This document shows, piece after piece, positions 19,252 to 29,815 of a stretch of 64,000 nt of DNA (positions within the stretch are counted from its first letter, which is position 1; the number at the start of each line of letters is the position of its first letter). The notes under the pieces are model-generated. The model saw only the letters and a list, made by a program, of their open reading frames with translations. It was not told the origin of the DNA and searched no databases. The stretch comes from Promethearchaeota archaeon (GTDB lineage: Archaea > Asgardarchaeota > Lokiarchaeia > Sigyniarchaeales > SOKP01): assembly GCA_019058245.1 (NCBI GenBank), contig JAHPZJ010000008.1, positions 1-64,000 on the forward strand, read 5' to 3'. Both the position numbers and the translations under genes were made by a program.

Positions 19252-19536
19252 ATGCCAATCTATGTTAAATTATTTGGAGATTTACGGAAGAAAATAGATC
19301 CTCATATTTCAGGAACTGATTCAGTACGACTAGAAATTAATGCTCCAGAAGTGGATAGAATTAGTGATCTTCTGAAAAAGTTAAACATAAATGAGAATGA
19401 GGTTACTCATATATTCGTAAATGGAAGATATGCGGGATTAAAAAAAAAAATACAAAATGGAGAAACTGTAGCACTATTCCCTCGAAATATGGCATTATTA
19501 TATAAATGGTATTTTACACGAGAAGAAGATGAATAA
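19252..19536 (+). CDS. MoaD/ThiS-like beta-grasp protein lacking the C-terminal GG
   Basis: VKLFGDLR, IFVNG, GETVALFP, then an extended non-GG tail. Confidence 0.8.
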   Translation: MPIYVKLFGDLRKKIDPHISGTDSVRLEINAPEVDRISDLLKKLNINENEVTHIFVNGRYAGLKKKIQNGETVALFPRNMALLYKWYFTREEDE

Positions 19537-19774
19537 CTCTACCATTTCGATTACGGTAAAATTTTTTGCTACATTAAGACAATATGGACCAGATAAGGAA
19601 GTATTAACAATTCCAAAAAATAGTGAAGGTAAGTTTCTATTCGATAAGTATAATATCCCAAAAAACGAGAGAAAAGCAATTATTTTAATTAATGGAAGGC
19701 CTCATAAAAATCTGAAGACAATTCTTAATGATGGAGATATAATTGCGATTTTCCCCCCAATAGGGGGAGGTTAA
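19529..19774 (+). CDS. MoaD/SAMP ubiquitin-like sulfur carrier
   Basis: VKFFATLR, ILING, DGDIIAIFPPIGGG. Confidence 0.92.
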   Translation: MNNSTISITVKFFATLRQYGPDKEVLTIPKNSEGKFLFDKYNIPKNERKAIILINGRPHKNLKTILNDGDIIAIFPPIGGG

Positions 19775-20034
19775 TCCTTTAAATTACTAAATCTTTTTTT
19801 TTTCTCATTTCATTATAAAATATAAAAATTCCTATTTATTTTTACTTCTTTGTATAATATAAAATTAAGGCTTTTAACTCCACAATATTGAAATTTAACA
19901 TAAATTTGACCCGTTTTCTCAAGATGTTAAAAATTGTGCGTGTTATCGCAACAGAAATTATTTTATGTTTATATAATATTAAGAAAAGCCTAAAATAATT
20001 TTATTGATATTATCAAATAAATCAGAGATTATTT

Positions 20035-23000
20035 GTGAGTGATTTCATAATAATGACATTAACAGAAAAGAAACTTCAGGAATCTGAAGAAAAGTTTAAA
20101 ATTCTATTTAAGAGTGGTTTAATTCCAGCCTATGTTTGGCAAAAAGCTGATAAAGACTTTATCATGGTTGATTATAATTATGCCGCTGAAGATATTACAA
20201 AAGGTAGTGTTAAAAAGTTTTTAGGAGCTAAGGCTTCGGAATTATACAAAGATAATTCCCGTATATTAGGAGAAATAAGCGATTGTTTTAAAAATAAAAC
20301 GACTATTATTCGTGAAATGAAATATAGGATGCAGATTACAAAAGAAGAGAAAGATTTACTTGTGAAATATACCTATTTACCTCCAGATTTAGTTATAGTC
20401 CATACTGAAGATATTACTGAAAGAAAAAATTTTGAACAAAAATTAAAAGAATCTGAATTTAAATTCAGATCATTGTTCGAAGCGATTCCAGACCTATATT
20501 TTTTACTCTCTGAGAGCACTAAGGTTTTAGAATATCGAGGGTCAACTGAAGATTTATATATTAAGACAGAAGAATTTATTGGAAAAAAATTGAGCGATAT
20601 ACTACCATCTCCTCTAGGAGAAAAGACATTAGAATTTGTAAAGAATACCATTGCAACAAAGCAAACTCATAGTTTTGAATATGAATTACTGGTTGAAAAT
20701 ATAATACATTATTATGAGGCAAGATTCTTTTATCTTTCTCAAAAAAGAATCTCTTGTTTTATTCGAGATATTACTGATAAAAAAAAAGCTGAAAAAGTAA
20801 TTTATAATTTAGCGAAATTCCCTTCAGAAAATCCAAATCCCGTAATGAGGGTGAATAAAAAAAAAATCCTCTATATTAATGAATCTGGTAAAAATTTGTT
20901 GAATGCAACTGAAGGTGGTAAGATTCCAAAACAATTCAAACAAATTTTAAAGCAAGTTTTTAAGGAAAAGATTACCCAAAAATTCGAAATTGAAATTGAC
21001 GATAAATATTTTTTATTTGACTTTAAACCGATAAAACTAGAGAATTATGTTAATATCTATGGTCAGGATATAACGAAAATAAAGCAATTTGAAAATGATC
21101 TATTACTTGAAAAGAAATTTTCAGATGATTTGATTAATACTTCTATTGACACCATTTTTGTATTTAATCCTCAAACTGGAAAAGCAATTCGTTGGAATAA
21201 GGCATTTAAAGGTATTAGCGGTTATACTGATGAAGAAATATCTTCAATGAGAGCACCCGATTCTTACTATAATGATGAAGATTTAAAACGAGCAGAAGAG
21301 GCCATAAAACAGGTTGCAGAAGATGGTTCAACAAAAGTTGAAATGTCATTAATTACAAAAAAAGGTAATTCTGTACCTTTCGAATATAGTGGAACATTAA
21401 TAGAAGATATTAAGGGTAATTCATTAATTATGTCTATAGGAAGGGACATGAAAGAACGAAAAAAAATCGAACTAGAGTTAAAAGAATCTGAGGAAAAATT
21501 TAGAAATATCACAGAACAATCTATAGTGGGGATATTTATATTACAAGATAACACTTTGAAATATGTTAATAAAAGAGCTTGTGAGATAGTTGGTTATTCA
21601 GCAGAGGAGATGCAAAGCTGGGGACCTGGTGGAACTTTAAAACTTGTCCATCCTGATGATAAAGAATTTATAATAGAACAAGTACGTAAAAGGCAAGCGG
21701 GTGACACAGATTTTATAGAACAATATCAATATAGAATAATAACAAAACAAGGAAAGATTAAATGGCTCGAAATTTTTTCAAGAGAGATAAATTATGAAGA
21801 ACGTTCAGCGATTTTTGTGATATTAATTGATGTTACCAAAAATGTTGAGGCTGAACAACAATTAATAGAATCAGAAGAAAAGTTCAGAAAGATCGCAGAG
21901 CAATCTATAATGGGGATTACAATAATACAGGATGGGTTAATTAAATATTTTAATAACCGAATTAGTGAAATTAATGGATATACTGAAGAAGATGTAAAGA
22001 AGTGGGGACCTAATGACTTTCAAATAATTTTTCATCCTGAAGATCGGAAGTTTGTAATGGAACAAGCACGTAAAAAACAAATTGGTGATCCAGATGCTAT
22101 TCCTAACTATCAATATAGAATAATAAGGAAAGATGGAGAGATTAGGTGGATTCAGATTTTCTCGAAATCTATAAATTATGAAGGCCGTCCCGCGGATTTA
22201 GCAATGACTATTGACATTACTGATAAAATAAAGACTGAACAGCAATTAAAAGAATCAGAAGAGAAATTTAGGTCTATAACTGAACAATCATTAGTGGGAA
22301 TAGCTGTATTGCAAAATGGTCTATTTAAATATGCTAATAGTACTTTTTCTGAGAATAATGGATATTCATTAGAGGAGATGACCACTTGGGGTCCTAATGA
22401 CTTTGAAAAGACTATTCATCCTGAAGATCGGAAATTTGTAATGGAACAAGCACAAAAAAAACAATCTGGTGATATAGATGTTATCAATCAATATAAATAT
22501 AGATCAATAACGAAAAACGGGGAGATCAGATGGATAAACCTTTTCTCGAAAACGATAAATTATGAAAATCGTCCCGCGGATTTAGTAATAACAATTGACA
22601 TTACTGATAAAATTAAGGCTGAGCAACAACTAAAAGAATCAGAAGAGAAATTTAGAATTATTGCAGAACAATCCCTAGTTGGGATAACAATAATACAAGA
22701 TGATCAATATAAGTATTATAATAAAAGAGTTTTTGAGGATAGAGGATATCTGCCGGAGGAAATGAGGGATTGGACCCCTTCTGATTATTTAAAAATAATC
22801 CATCCTGAAGATAGGGAATTTGTTGAAGAACAAACACGTATAAGACAAATGATGATCCCGAATTATCTTAATCGATATCAATATAGGATTATTAAGAAAA
22901 ATGGAGAGAGCGCATGGCTTGAACTTATTACAAGAACAATAAATTATAAAGGACGTCCTGCGAATTTATCTATGAGTCTTGATATTACTGATAAGATAAA

Positions 23001-24906
23001 AGTTGAACAACAAATAAAAGAATCAGAAGAAAAATTTTCTAAAGCATTCAATTCTAATGCGTTAGCAATGTGTATAACTACATTTGAAGAAGGTATAGTA
23101 ATTGAAGCAAACAAAGCCTTTTTGGAGATTCTAGACTTTACTACGGATGATTATATTGGTAAGCCAATAGAAGAATTACAGGGATGGCGCCGTCAACCAG
23201 AAAGAAGAGGTTTAATGCTGAAACAATTAAGGGAAGAAGGAATTATAGTTAATGTTGAAAGCGAGTTTGTATCATTTAAAGGAGAAAGTAAATATGGTTT
23301 ATTTTCTTTTGTTAAAATTGAACTCAATGAAAAGCCTCATATTCTTACTATTATAAATGATATTTCGCCATTGAAACTAGCTGAACAGAAAGTAAAACAA
23401 TCTGAAGAAAAATTTTCTAAAGCGTTCAATAGTAATGCTTTAGCGATGTCGATAAGTACCTTCGAAGAAGGTAGATTTATTGAAGTAAATGATGCCTTTT
23501 TAGAGTATCATGGCTATACTACTAAAGAAGAAGTTCTTGGTAAAAACGCAATAGAACTACAACTTTGGGATGGAGGTAAGAGATCTCGTGATAGAACTTT
23601 AAACCTTCTTAAAGAAGAAGGACATATAGTTAGTGTTGAAGGTAGTATTATATCAAAAAAAGGAAAAGAGAAAAATGGTTTATATTTTTTTGTTAAAATT
23701 GAGCTTAATAAAGAGCTTTATATTCTCGGCATTATAAATGAGATTACTCAGATAAAATTAACTGAAAAAAAACTGACAGAATCAGAAAAACGCTATAGAT
23801 TAATTTCTGAAGCGACTAGGTCAGTTGTATGGACAGCAGATATGAATCTGAACTTAACATATCTCAGTTCTAATACGTTTAATATTTTTGGAGTTACAGC
23901 TGAAAAGGCATTGTTACTTCCATTGATTTCAATGGTTACTCCAGAATCCTATAAAATAGTGAAAGCTAATTTTGAGGAAGAATTAAACATTGAAAAGGAA
24001 AAAAATATAGATTTAAATCGTTCTCGAACGTATGAAATAGAACAAATACACAAAGATGGGTCAATAATTCCTATTGAGCTAACTTTCACTTTTCTCCGTG
24101 ATGAAGATGGAAGAGCTAAAGGTATATTAGGTGTTTCGCAAGATATTTCTGAACGTAAGAAAGCCGAAATCCAATTAAAAAAATCTGAGAAAAAATATCG
24201 AGAAGCTTATGATATGATGATTTTCTATAAAGATCTGTTTACGCATGATATGAATAACATCCTGCATATTATCGGTTCTTCAGTTGAAATTATTGGACTC
24301 CAACTTGGCGAATCTGAGAAGTCAGTATTTATTGAAAATATGGCGAAAATGATTAGAAGTCAAGTGGAACGGGGTGCAAAATTAATATCTGATGTCAGAA
24401 CCCTAACTGAACTCGATGATGCTGATATCTCCATTAATCGAATAAATATTACCAAATTTTTAACACACTCGATAGATTTTATTAAAAAGTCATATAATGA
24501 AAAAAATCTATCTATTTTTGCTGAAGATCTTGATATGAAATATTATACTACTGGTAATGAACTACTTCAAGATGTTTTTGATAATGTATTGAGAAATGGC
24601 ATAAAGCACAATGAAAACTCTGATATTCAATTATCAATCAAAATTTTCAAGCAAACAGTAGATGGAAAAAACAATATTAAAATAGAATTTATTGATAATG
24701 GAATTGGAATTCCTGAAGACAGAAAAATCGAAATATTTCAACCAAGTAATAGAGAAACCAAAGGATCCAAGGGAATGGGCATAGGTCTTTCTTTAGTTAA
24801 AAAAATACTAGACATTTTTAAGGGAAAGATATGGGTAGAGGATAAAATTGAAGGGGATTACACTCAAGGTAGCAAATTTATTGTACTATTACCTGAAGCA
24901 ATCTAG
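20035..24906 (+). CDS. Cytoplasmic multi-PAS (about 11) sensor histidine kinase
   Basis: Repeated ESEEKF...DIT PAS/PAC units; H-box THDMNN; N-box NVLRNGIKH; DNGIGI; GMGIGL. Confidence 0.93.
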   Translation: MSDFIIMTLTEKKLQESEEKFKILFKSGLIPAYVWQKADKDFIMVDYNYAAEDITKGSVKKFLGAKASELYKDNSRILGEISDCFKNKTTIIREMKYRMQITKEEKDLLVKYTYLPPDLVIVHTEDITERKNFEQKLKESEFKFRSLFEAIPDLYFLLSESTKVLEYRGSTEDLYIKTEEFIGKKLSDILPSPLGEKTLEFVKNTIATKQTHSFEYELLVENIIHYYEARFFYLSQKRISCFIRDITDKKKAEKVIYNLAKFPSENPNPVMRVNKKKILYINESGKNLLNATEGGKIPKQFKQILKQVFKEKITQKFEIEIDDKYFLFDFKPIKLENYVNIYGQDITKIKQFENDLLLEKKFSDDLINTSIDTIFVFNPQTGKAIRWNKAFKGISGYTDEEISSMRAPDSYYNDEDLKRAEEAIKQVAEDGSTKVEMSLITKKGNSVPFEYSGTLIEDIKGNSLIMSIGRDMKERKKIELELKESEEKFRNITEQSIVGIFILQDNTLKYVNKRACEIVGYSAEEMQSWGPGGTLKLVHPDDKEFIIEQVRKRQAGDTDFIEQYQYRIITKQGKIKWLEIFSREINYEERSAIFVILIDVTKNVEAEQQLIESEEKFRKIAEQSIMGITIIQDGLIKYFNNRISEINGYTEEDVKKWGPNDFQIIFHPEDRKFVMEQARKKQIGDPDAIPNYQYRIIRKDGEIRWIQIFSKSINYEGRPADLAMTIDITDKIKTEQQLKESEEKFRSITEQSLVGIAVLQNGLFKYANSTFSENNGYSLEEMTTWGPNDFEKTIHPEDRKFVMEQAQKKQSGDIDVINQYKYRSITKNGEIRWINLFSKTINYENRPADLVITIDITDKIKAEQQLKESEEKFRIIAEQSLVGITIIQDDQYKYYNKRVFEDRGYLPEEMRDWTPSDYLKIIHPEDREFVEEQTRIRQMMIPNYLNRYQYRIIKKNGESAWLELITRTINYKGRPANLSMSLDITDKIKVEQQIKESEEKFSKAFNSNALAMCITTFEEGIVIEANKAFLEILDFTTDDYIGKPIEELQGWRRQPERRGLMLKQLREEGIIVNVESEFVSFKGESKYGLFSFVKIELNEKPHILTIINDISPLKLAEQKVKQSEEKFSKAFNSNALAMSISTFEEGRFIEVNDAFLEYHGYTTKEEVLGKNAIELQLWDGGKRSRDRTLNLLKEEGHIVSVEGSIISKKGKEKNGLYFFVKIELNKELYILGIINEITQIKLTEKKLTESEKRYRLISEATRSVVWTADMNLNLTYLSSNTFNIFGVTAEKALLLPLISMVTPESYKIVKANFEEELNIEKEKNIDLNRSRTYEIEQIHKDGSIIPIELTFTFLRDEDGRAKGILGVSQDISERKKAEIQLKKSEKKYREAYDMMIFYKDLFTHDMNNILHIIGSSVEIIGLQLGESEKSVFIENMAKMIRSQVERGAKLISDVRTLTELDDADISINRINITKFLTHSIDFIKKSYNEKNLSIFAEDLDMKYYTTGNELLQDVFDNVLRNGIKHNENSDIQLSIKIFKQTVDGKNNIKIEFIDNGIGIPEDRKIEIFQPSNRETKGSKGMGIGLSLVKKILDIFKGKIWVEDKIEGDYTQGSKFIVLLPEAI
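21481..23016 (+). repeat. Four tandem PAS-coding repeats with a 384-nt period inside the kinase
   Basis: Equivalent (K/I)ESEEKF codons begin at 21481, 21865, 22249, 22633 and 23017. Confidence 0.85.
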
Positions 24907-25007
24907 GTAGATAAATTTAGGAAAAAGAAAATTAATATTTGTTTTTTAATAATTTGTTTTATCTAAATATTCCCTAATTTATTAGATTTCAGACAATCTT
25001 CTTAATT

Positions 25008-26090
25008 CTATTTAAATAAATTTTGAATAAATTCACCGATTTTACTAATTGCTTCTTTCGCTTCAGGTAAATCATGAAAGCCAAAACCTTGGAAAACATG
25101 TATAGTATCATTCCATTCTTGTAAAGTGATATCCACACCAGCGTTCTTAGCTCGTTCTACTAAGCGTGTTGAATGGTCATATAACATTTCACTCGTACTT
25201 ACTTGTATTAAAATTGGAGGTAATCCACTTAAATTTGCATTTACAGGTGATAATAATGGATTATTTGGATCAGCTCCGGCAAGATAGCATGTTGTCCACC
25301 AAAAAATCCCAACATCCCCTAAAATTGGATCTGTTTTTGCATTCTCATAAATAGTTTTACTCCCATCCGTAAAATCTGTTAGCGGTGATAATGCTACTGC
25401 TCCAATGGGCAAATCAATTCCTTCATCACGTAGTTTAATTAAAGAACTTATTGTCAACCAGCCTCCAGCAGAATCACCAGCAATGGTTATATTTTTGGCT
25501 TTAAATCCTTGTGATAGAAGCCATTTATAAGCATTTACACTATCCTCTAATGATGCAGGAAATGGATGTTCTGGGGCAAGACGGTAATCAACACTTAATA
25601 TCCGCATTTTGGTAAGTTGAGCAATTTCTATTGTCAATTCTCTTTGAGTTTTTGGTGACATTAATACCATACCACCACCATGAAAATATAAAATCACTTT
25701 ATCAGCATCTGCTCCAGGTACTATTTGCCATTCTGCAGGAACACCTCCAACATTTATTTCCTCTATTTTTACATCTTCCGGAAGTGGATGTTGTTTTAAT
25801 CCTTCTTCTATACTATAATTTACGACAAAACGTACGAATTTTGCGATTTTACGCAATTCCTCATCAGAAAAGACTCCATAAAAATCATCTATAGTTCCTT
25901 CCTTGCTTGATAGCATTTGGAAAAATTTCTCGTTATATTCTGCTGTTTTTTTCATATAAGCTTGTAGATTAAATCCTTTACTTTCCTCAGTTTTAAGAAA
26001 TTCTAATGCTCCTTTTAATTGAATTTTCTGGCTCTCATCTATGAATTTAAGAACTTCAGGTCGAAGTTTTGATCTATCTAATATTGGCAT
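25008..26090 (-). CDS. Alpha/beta hydrolase, HSL family esterase
   Basis: HGGG, DYRLAPEHPFPA, GDSAG, HVF. Confidence 0.93.
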   Translation of the reverse strand: MPILDRSKLRPEVLKFIDESQKIQLKGALEFLKTEESKGFNLQAYMKKTAEYNEKFFQMLSSKEGTIDDFYGVFSDEELRKIAKFVRFVVNYSIEEGLKQHPLPEDVKIEEINVGGVPAEWQIVPGADADKVILYFHGGGMVLMSPKTQRELTIEIAQLTKMRILSVDYRLAPEHPFPASLEDSVNAYKWLLSQGFKAKNITIAGDSAGGWLTISSLIKLRDEGIDLPIGAVALSPLTDFTDGSKTIYENAKTDPILGDVGIFWWTTCYLAGADPNNPLLSPVNANLSGLPPILIQVSTSEMLYDHSTRLVERAKNAGVDITLQEWNDTIHVFQGFGFHDLPEAKEAISKIGEFIQNLFK

Positions 26091-26247
26091 ATTTTTCTCT
26101 CTGAATAACTAGATTTAAAATTATAATCAATTAATATTAATATTACTTTAAATTTTGTCTTTAGAAAAATCTTTTTATTTCTTTAAATTGTTTAATTAAA
26201 AATCATTGAAATTAATGTAATTTTAATTTTGAAAAAGTCCTTTTATA

Positions 26248-26913
26248 TTATTCAATTACTTCAAATTGAAGTTCTGTACCATTTTTATCAAAACATTTAA
26301 TATTATTTAAACTATAAGGAAATCCTACAATAAAATGAAATCTGTTTCCTTTAAACACACTATTTAAATCTTGCAAAGAAGGGATAACATTTCCAGATGG
26401 ATGGGAATGAATCGTTCCTTGATAATCTCGACTTATCGGGATTCTACCAGGAAAAAAAACTCCTGAATTTCTTGAAGTAATTGCACCTGGGGGCAGTATA
26501 AATTCTGTAAATACAAATCTATCCATTTTAAGGAGTCCTACAAATTCTTTTGGATGGTGTGCTTTACATAACGCTAAAAACCCAGTTATTAAATCCTTTT
26601 TTATTTTGACTGTACTTGATTGTAGATTTTCTAAAATAAACTTAATTTCATTAATAATATTTAAAATAGACTTATTCTCTATTATTTTCCAATCTTTTAA
26701 GGAAATGATATCTTTATTTAAATTTTTATAAACTTTTCCAGATTGATTAATAAGCTTAATTTTTGGCTTTTTAGGATATTTAGAATAATCAATTTCTGCC
26801 ATAATCCCATTGATTAATTCAATTTTAATGTGAGAAATTTTATTTTCAATAGTTTCACAATTGGGAAAATGCTCTATAATACTTTGATATTGTGTCTCAA
26901 TTTCTTTAATCAT
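26248..26913 (-). CDS. JAMM/MPN+ metalloprotease with N-terminal UEV/E2-like domain
   Basis: HPKEF catalytic Glu, HSHPSGNVIPSLQD (HxH-x7-S-x2-D); N-terminal IDYSKYPKKPKI...SLKDW. Confidence 0.8.
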   Translation of the reverse strand: MIKEIETQYQSIIEHFPNCETIENKISHIKIELINGIMAEIDYSKYPKKPKIKLINQSGKVYKNLNKDIISLKDWKIIENKSILNIINEIKFILENLQSSTVKIKKDLITGFLALCKAHHPKEFVGLLKMDRFVFTEFILPPGAITSRNSGVFFPGRIPISRDYQGTIHSHPSGNVIPSLQDLNSVFKGNRFHFIVGFPYSLNNIKCFDKNGTELQFEVIE

Positions 26914-27123
26914 TATTTAAATATAGATTCAATTTTTAAAGAATTTTTTTTATTTTTGAAATAATTTATAATTTATTTCTTAATTGTGGATTTGATTTTG
27001 AAGAAAATAAGCCCAATAGAACAAAGATAAAATTAAGTAATGCTATTTTGACTAATCAAATTCATTATTTTGAAAAAGAAATAAAAAAAAGAATATTATT
27101 AAATTAATTTATGCTACTTCCCT

Positions 27124-27336
27124 TTATACTATCTTCATTGCCAGGTCCATGTCATCAAGAGTTAGTTTCTTTCTACCGGCGTGTCGGGTCATCTCAAGAG
27201 CTTTATTTGTCATGCCTTTAGCTAATTTTTCTAAATAATCAATTAAGGCATCAACTGCATCTCGAGCTACCATCTCTGCGCCATTATCTTTCATCAACTT
27301 GCGGACGGGAGACCAGGCAAAAACCTTCTTTGCCAT
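27124..27336 (-). CDS. Archaeal histone
   Basis: SPVRKLMKDNGAEMVARDA...HAGRKKLTLDD histone fold; GGAGG SD upstream. Confidence 0.95.
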   Translation of the reverse strand: MAKKVFAWSPVRKLMKDNGAEMVARDAVDALIDYLEKLAKGMTNKALEMTRHAGRKKLTLDDMDLAMKIV

Positions 27337-27646
27337 TTTCTTATTCCTCCACTTTTTAATTTTTTATATAATTATTCAAAAGCTCATAATTTTTAATATG
27401 AACTTTATTATATTATATTACTTCTTTCAAATATTTAAAAGTTGTGTTAAATTTTCGATAGGATATGTTTCGGTTAATAAGATTATCAGAATAATAAGAT
27501 CACGATGTCAGAGAAGAACGCTGAGAGATATTAATCTGAGCCATTAGATCTGAGATCTTTTCTAACTATAAAATTTGTAATCAAAGAACACCACATAATT
27601 ATAATTAATATCCAATTTAATAAAACAGAATGCATTTATATTTTTA

Positions 27647-28207
27647 TTAAAGCTTTTTATGCACTACATAATAATCCTTTAATTCTTTATATATAGAAAA
27701 TCCTTCAGATTTATATAATGAAAGTGGTCCATGATAACTATGAGCCTCTGATAACTTCTCCACTTTCCGAGGATAAGCTTCGATTAAATCATAACCATTA
27801 TTTTGAGAAAATGAACACGCAAACTTCAATAATTTTTTTGCTATTCCTTGTCTTCTATGAGAAGGTGCAACAACAAAGCATACAATAGAAGCAGTCTTGA
27901 CTTTTGAACTTTCTTCATAAAGAATTTTAGCAAATTTATCTTTAGAATTAACATTACACCATCCAACTGGTTTTTCATCAAGATAAGCAATCAAACCATT
28001 CATTTTTTTTACACGAATTAATTCCATTGAAGCATTTCTATTCTGTTCATTAGATCTTTCACCCCATTCTTTAATGTTTCCTGAAAAATGGTAAAAATGA
28101 CAATAGCAGCCAGCCCAATCAGGATTATCAGTAAATCCAATATTATCAAAAAAGTAGAGAAAATCTTCGATATTTTCGGGGGTTAATGGTTTGATATTGA
28201 TTTCCAT
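27647..28207 (-). CDS. GNAT family N-acetyltransferase
   Basis: CFVVAPSHRRQGIAKKLL acetyl-CoA motif; WAGCYC; EAYP. Confidence 0.9.
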   Translation of the reverse strand: MEINIKPLTPENIEDFLYFFDNIGFTDNPDWAGCYCHFYHFSGNIKEWGERSNEQNRNASMELIRVKKMNGLIAYLDEKPVGWCNVNSKDKFAKILYEESSKVKTASIVCFVVAPSHRRQGIAKKLLKFACSFSQNNGYDLIEAYPRKVEKLSEAHSYHGPLSLYKSEGFSIYKELKDYYVVHKKL

Positions 28208-28246
28208 GTTTAGATTCTCCTTGAAAGAAGAAGTTTTGATTGATAT

Positions 28247-29815
28247 TTAATATTTATCATCTATAGCAGATAGAAATACTTTCAATTGATCGAATATATC
28301 TAAACGAAAGTCAGTACCAATTCTAAAGAAAAAGAGGTCAATAGTTTTGTTATTCAGATATTCATCAACATTAAATTGTTCAATTATTTGCGACCAATTA
28401 CTACTTTCAGATGCTTTAATTCCCACTAGAATTACTAAATTTTCTTTTCCATTTTCAATTATTTTAATAAGAATATTTCTCAAACTGGAATCAATTTGGA
28501 TTTTATCATGTGTATCAAAAATACAAAATACTCCGTCTGTACCAGAAATATCCTCAATAGCGGAATATTCATGTTGTTTTACAATCATTCCATTTACATA
28601 CTGAAAAACTTGTTCATCATCATAATCTCTGATAATTGATTTTTCTCCTAAATCTTTAATATTTGTTATAATTTGTAATCCAGGACTCCATTGTAAGTTT
28701 TCAGTTATGAATGACAAAGTAAATACAATCTTTTTTTTCAAAATAGATTTAATAATTTCTAACAAGACATTACTTCGTCGTGTATCTTCTATTTCTTTAC
28801 TCCTCATAACATAATGGTAAGAAATTAAATTAAAAGCGTCCTGAACATTGTCTCCTGTCAATGCACTTGTCTCAATATAAGAGAGCTTAATTTTTTCGTG
28901 TTCTGACAATGTGTTAGCTAGCTTTGCTCCTTCTTGATACAATATTTTTCTATCATCAATTAGATCAGTTTTGTTTCCAACAATTATAATTGGGATATTT
29001 TGCTCTGGTATAAATAGTTTTAATTCTTCATACCACTCCTTTACATTTTCAAATGATTCACGATTAGTTAGATCAAAAACAATAAATGCTGCTTGGGCAC
29101 CTAAATAGTATACTTTACGAAATCGTTTAAAATATTTTTGTGCTCCTAGATCGTACAAATTTACTCCAATATTATTTCCAAAAAAATCATATTCATGAAA
29201 GAGTATATTAATACCTAATGTAGCTCTATAATCTACAGAAAATCTATTTTCAACAAATCTTCGAATAATTGACGTCTTTCCTACTTCATGATCCCCTAAA
29301 ATTACGAATTTAAATCTATAATCTCCCTTAATACCCATAGGCATCTGATATAATTGATTTTTTAGACGCTCTACATTGCCAGCTTCATATTCAAAATTAG
29401 GTATTGAAACTTGAATTAAAGATTTTTCATCACTCGTGAGAATTTGAGCGGTTTTTTCTGCTAAAAAAAATCCATATGGAGAGATTTTTTCAATTGATGC
29501 CATATCTTCTAAAACTAAACTCAAAATTCTTTCTTCATCAACAGAGATAAATAAAAGACGATGATCCTCTGTGTCAAAACTAGCATTTCCAAATTTCTGA
29601 AATTCAAATTCATTTCGCATTCTTTCTAAGATAGGATTTATTATTGAAGTTAAAACTGAAACAAGTTCCATATCTATATCTTTTCTTTTCTCTCCTGCAA
29701 TTACTAATCCTTCAGAATCAGAAACAATTACTGATTCTACTTCTCTGTTAGCTTCTAAAAAATCATTAAATAATTCTTTAAAGAGCTTATTTTTTTGCAC
29801 AGGCACATCTCTCAC
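28247..29815 (-). CDS. Roadblock/LC7 + Rab-like GTPase + degenerate second G-domain (paralog A)
   Basis: VESVIVSDSEGLVIA roadblock; GDHEVGKT, YRATLG, YDLGAQ, GNKTD, ETSAL; C-terminal DGVFCIFD and VILVGIK. Confidence 0.88.
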   Translation of the reverse strand: MRDVPVQKNKLFKELFNDFLEANREVESVIVSDSEGLVIAGEKRKDIDMELVSVLTSIINPILERMRNEFEFQKFGNASFDTEDHRLLFISVDEERILSLVLEDMASIEKISPYGFFLAEKTAQILTSDEKSLIQVSIPNFEYEAGNVERLKNQLYQMPMGIKGDYRFKFVILGDHEVGKTSIIRRFVENRFSVDYRATLGINILFHEYDFFGNNIGVNLYDLGAQKYFKRFRKVYYLGAQAAFIVFDLTNRESFENVKEWYEELKLFIPEQNIPIIIVGNKTDLIDDRKILYQEGAKLANTLSEHEKIKLSYIETSALTGDNVQDAFNLISYHYVMRSKEIEDTRRSNVLLEIIKSILKKKIVFTLSFITENLQWSPGLQIITNIKDLGEKSIIRDYDDEQVFQYVNGMIVKQHEYSAIEDISGTDGVFCIFDTHDKIQIDSSLRNILIKIIENGKENLVILVGIKASESSNWSQIIEQFNVDEYLNNKTIDLFFFRIGTDFRLDIFDQLKVFLSAIDDKY

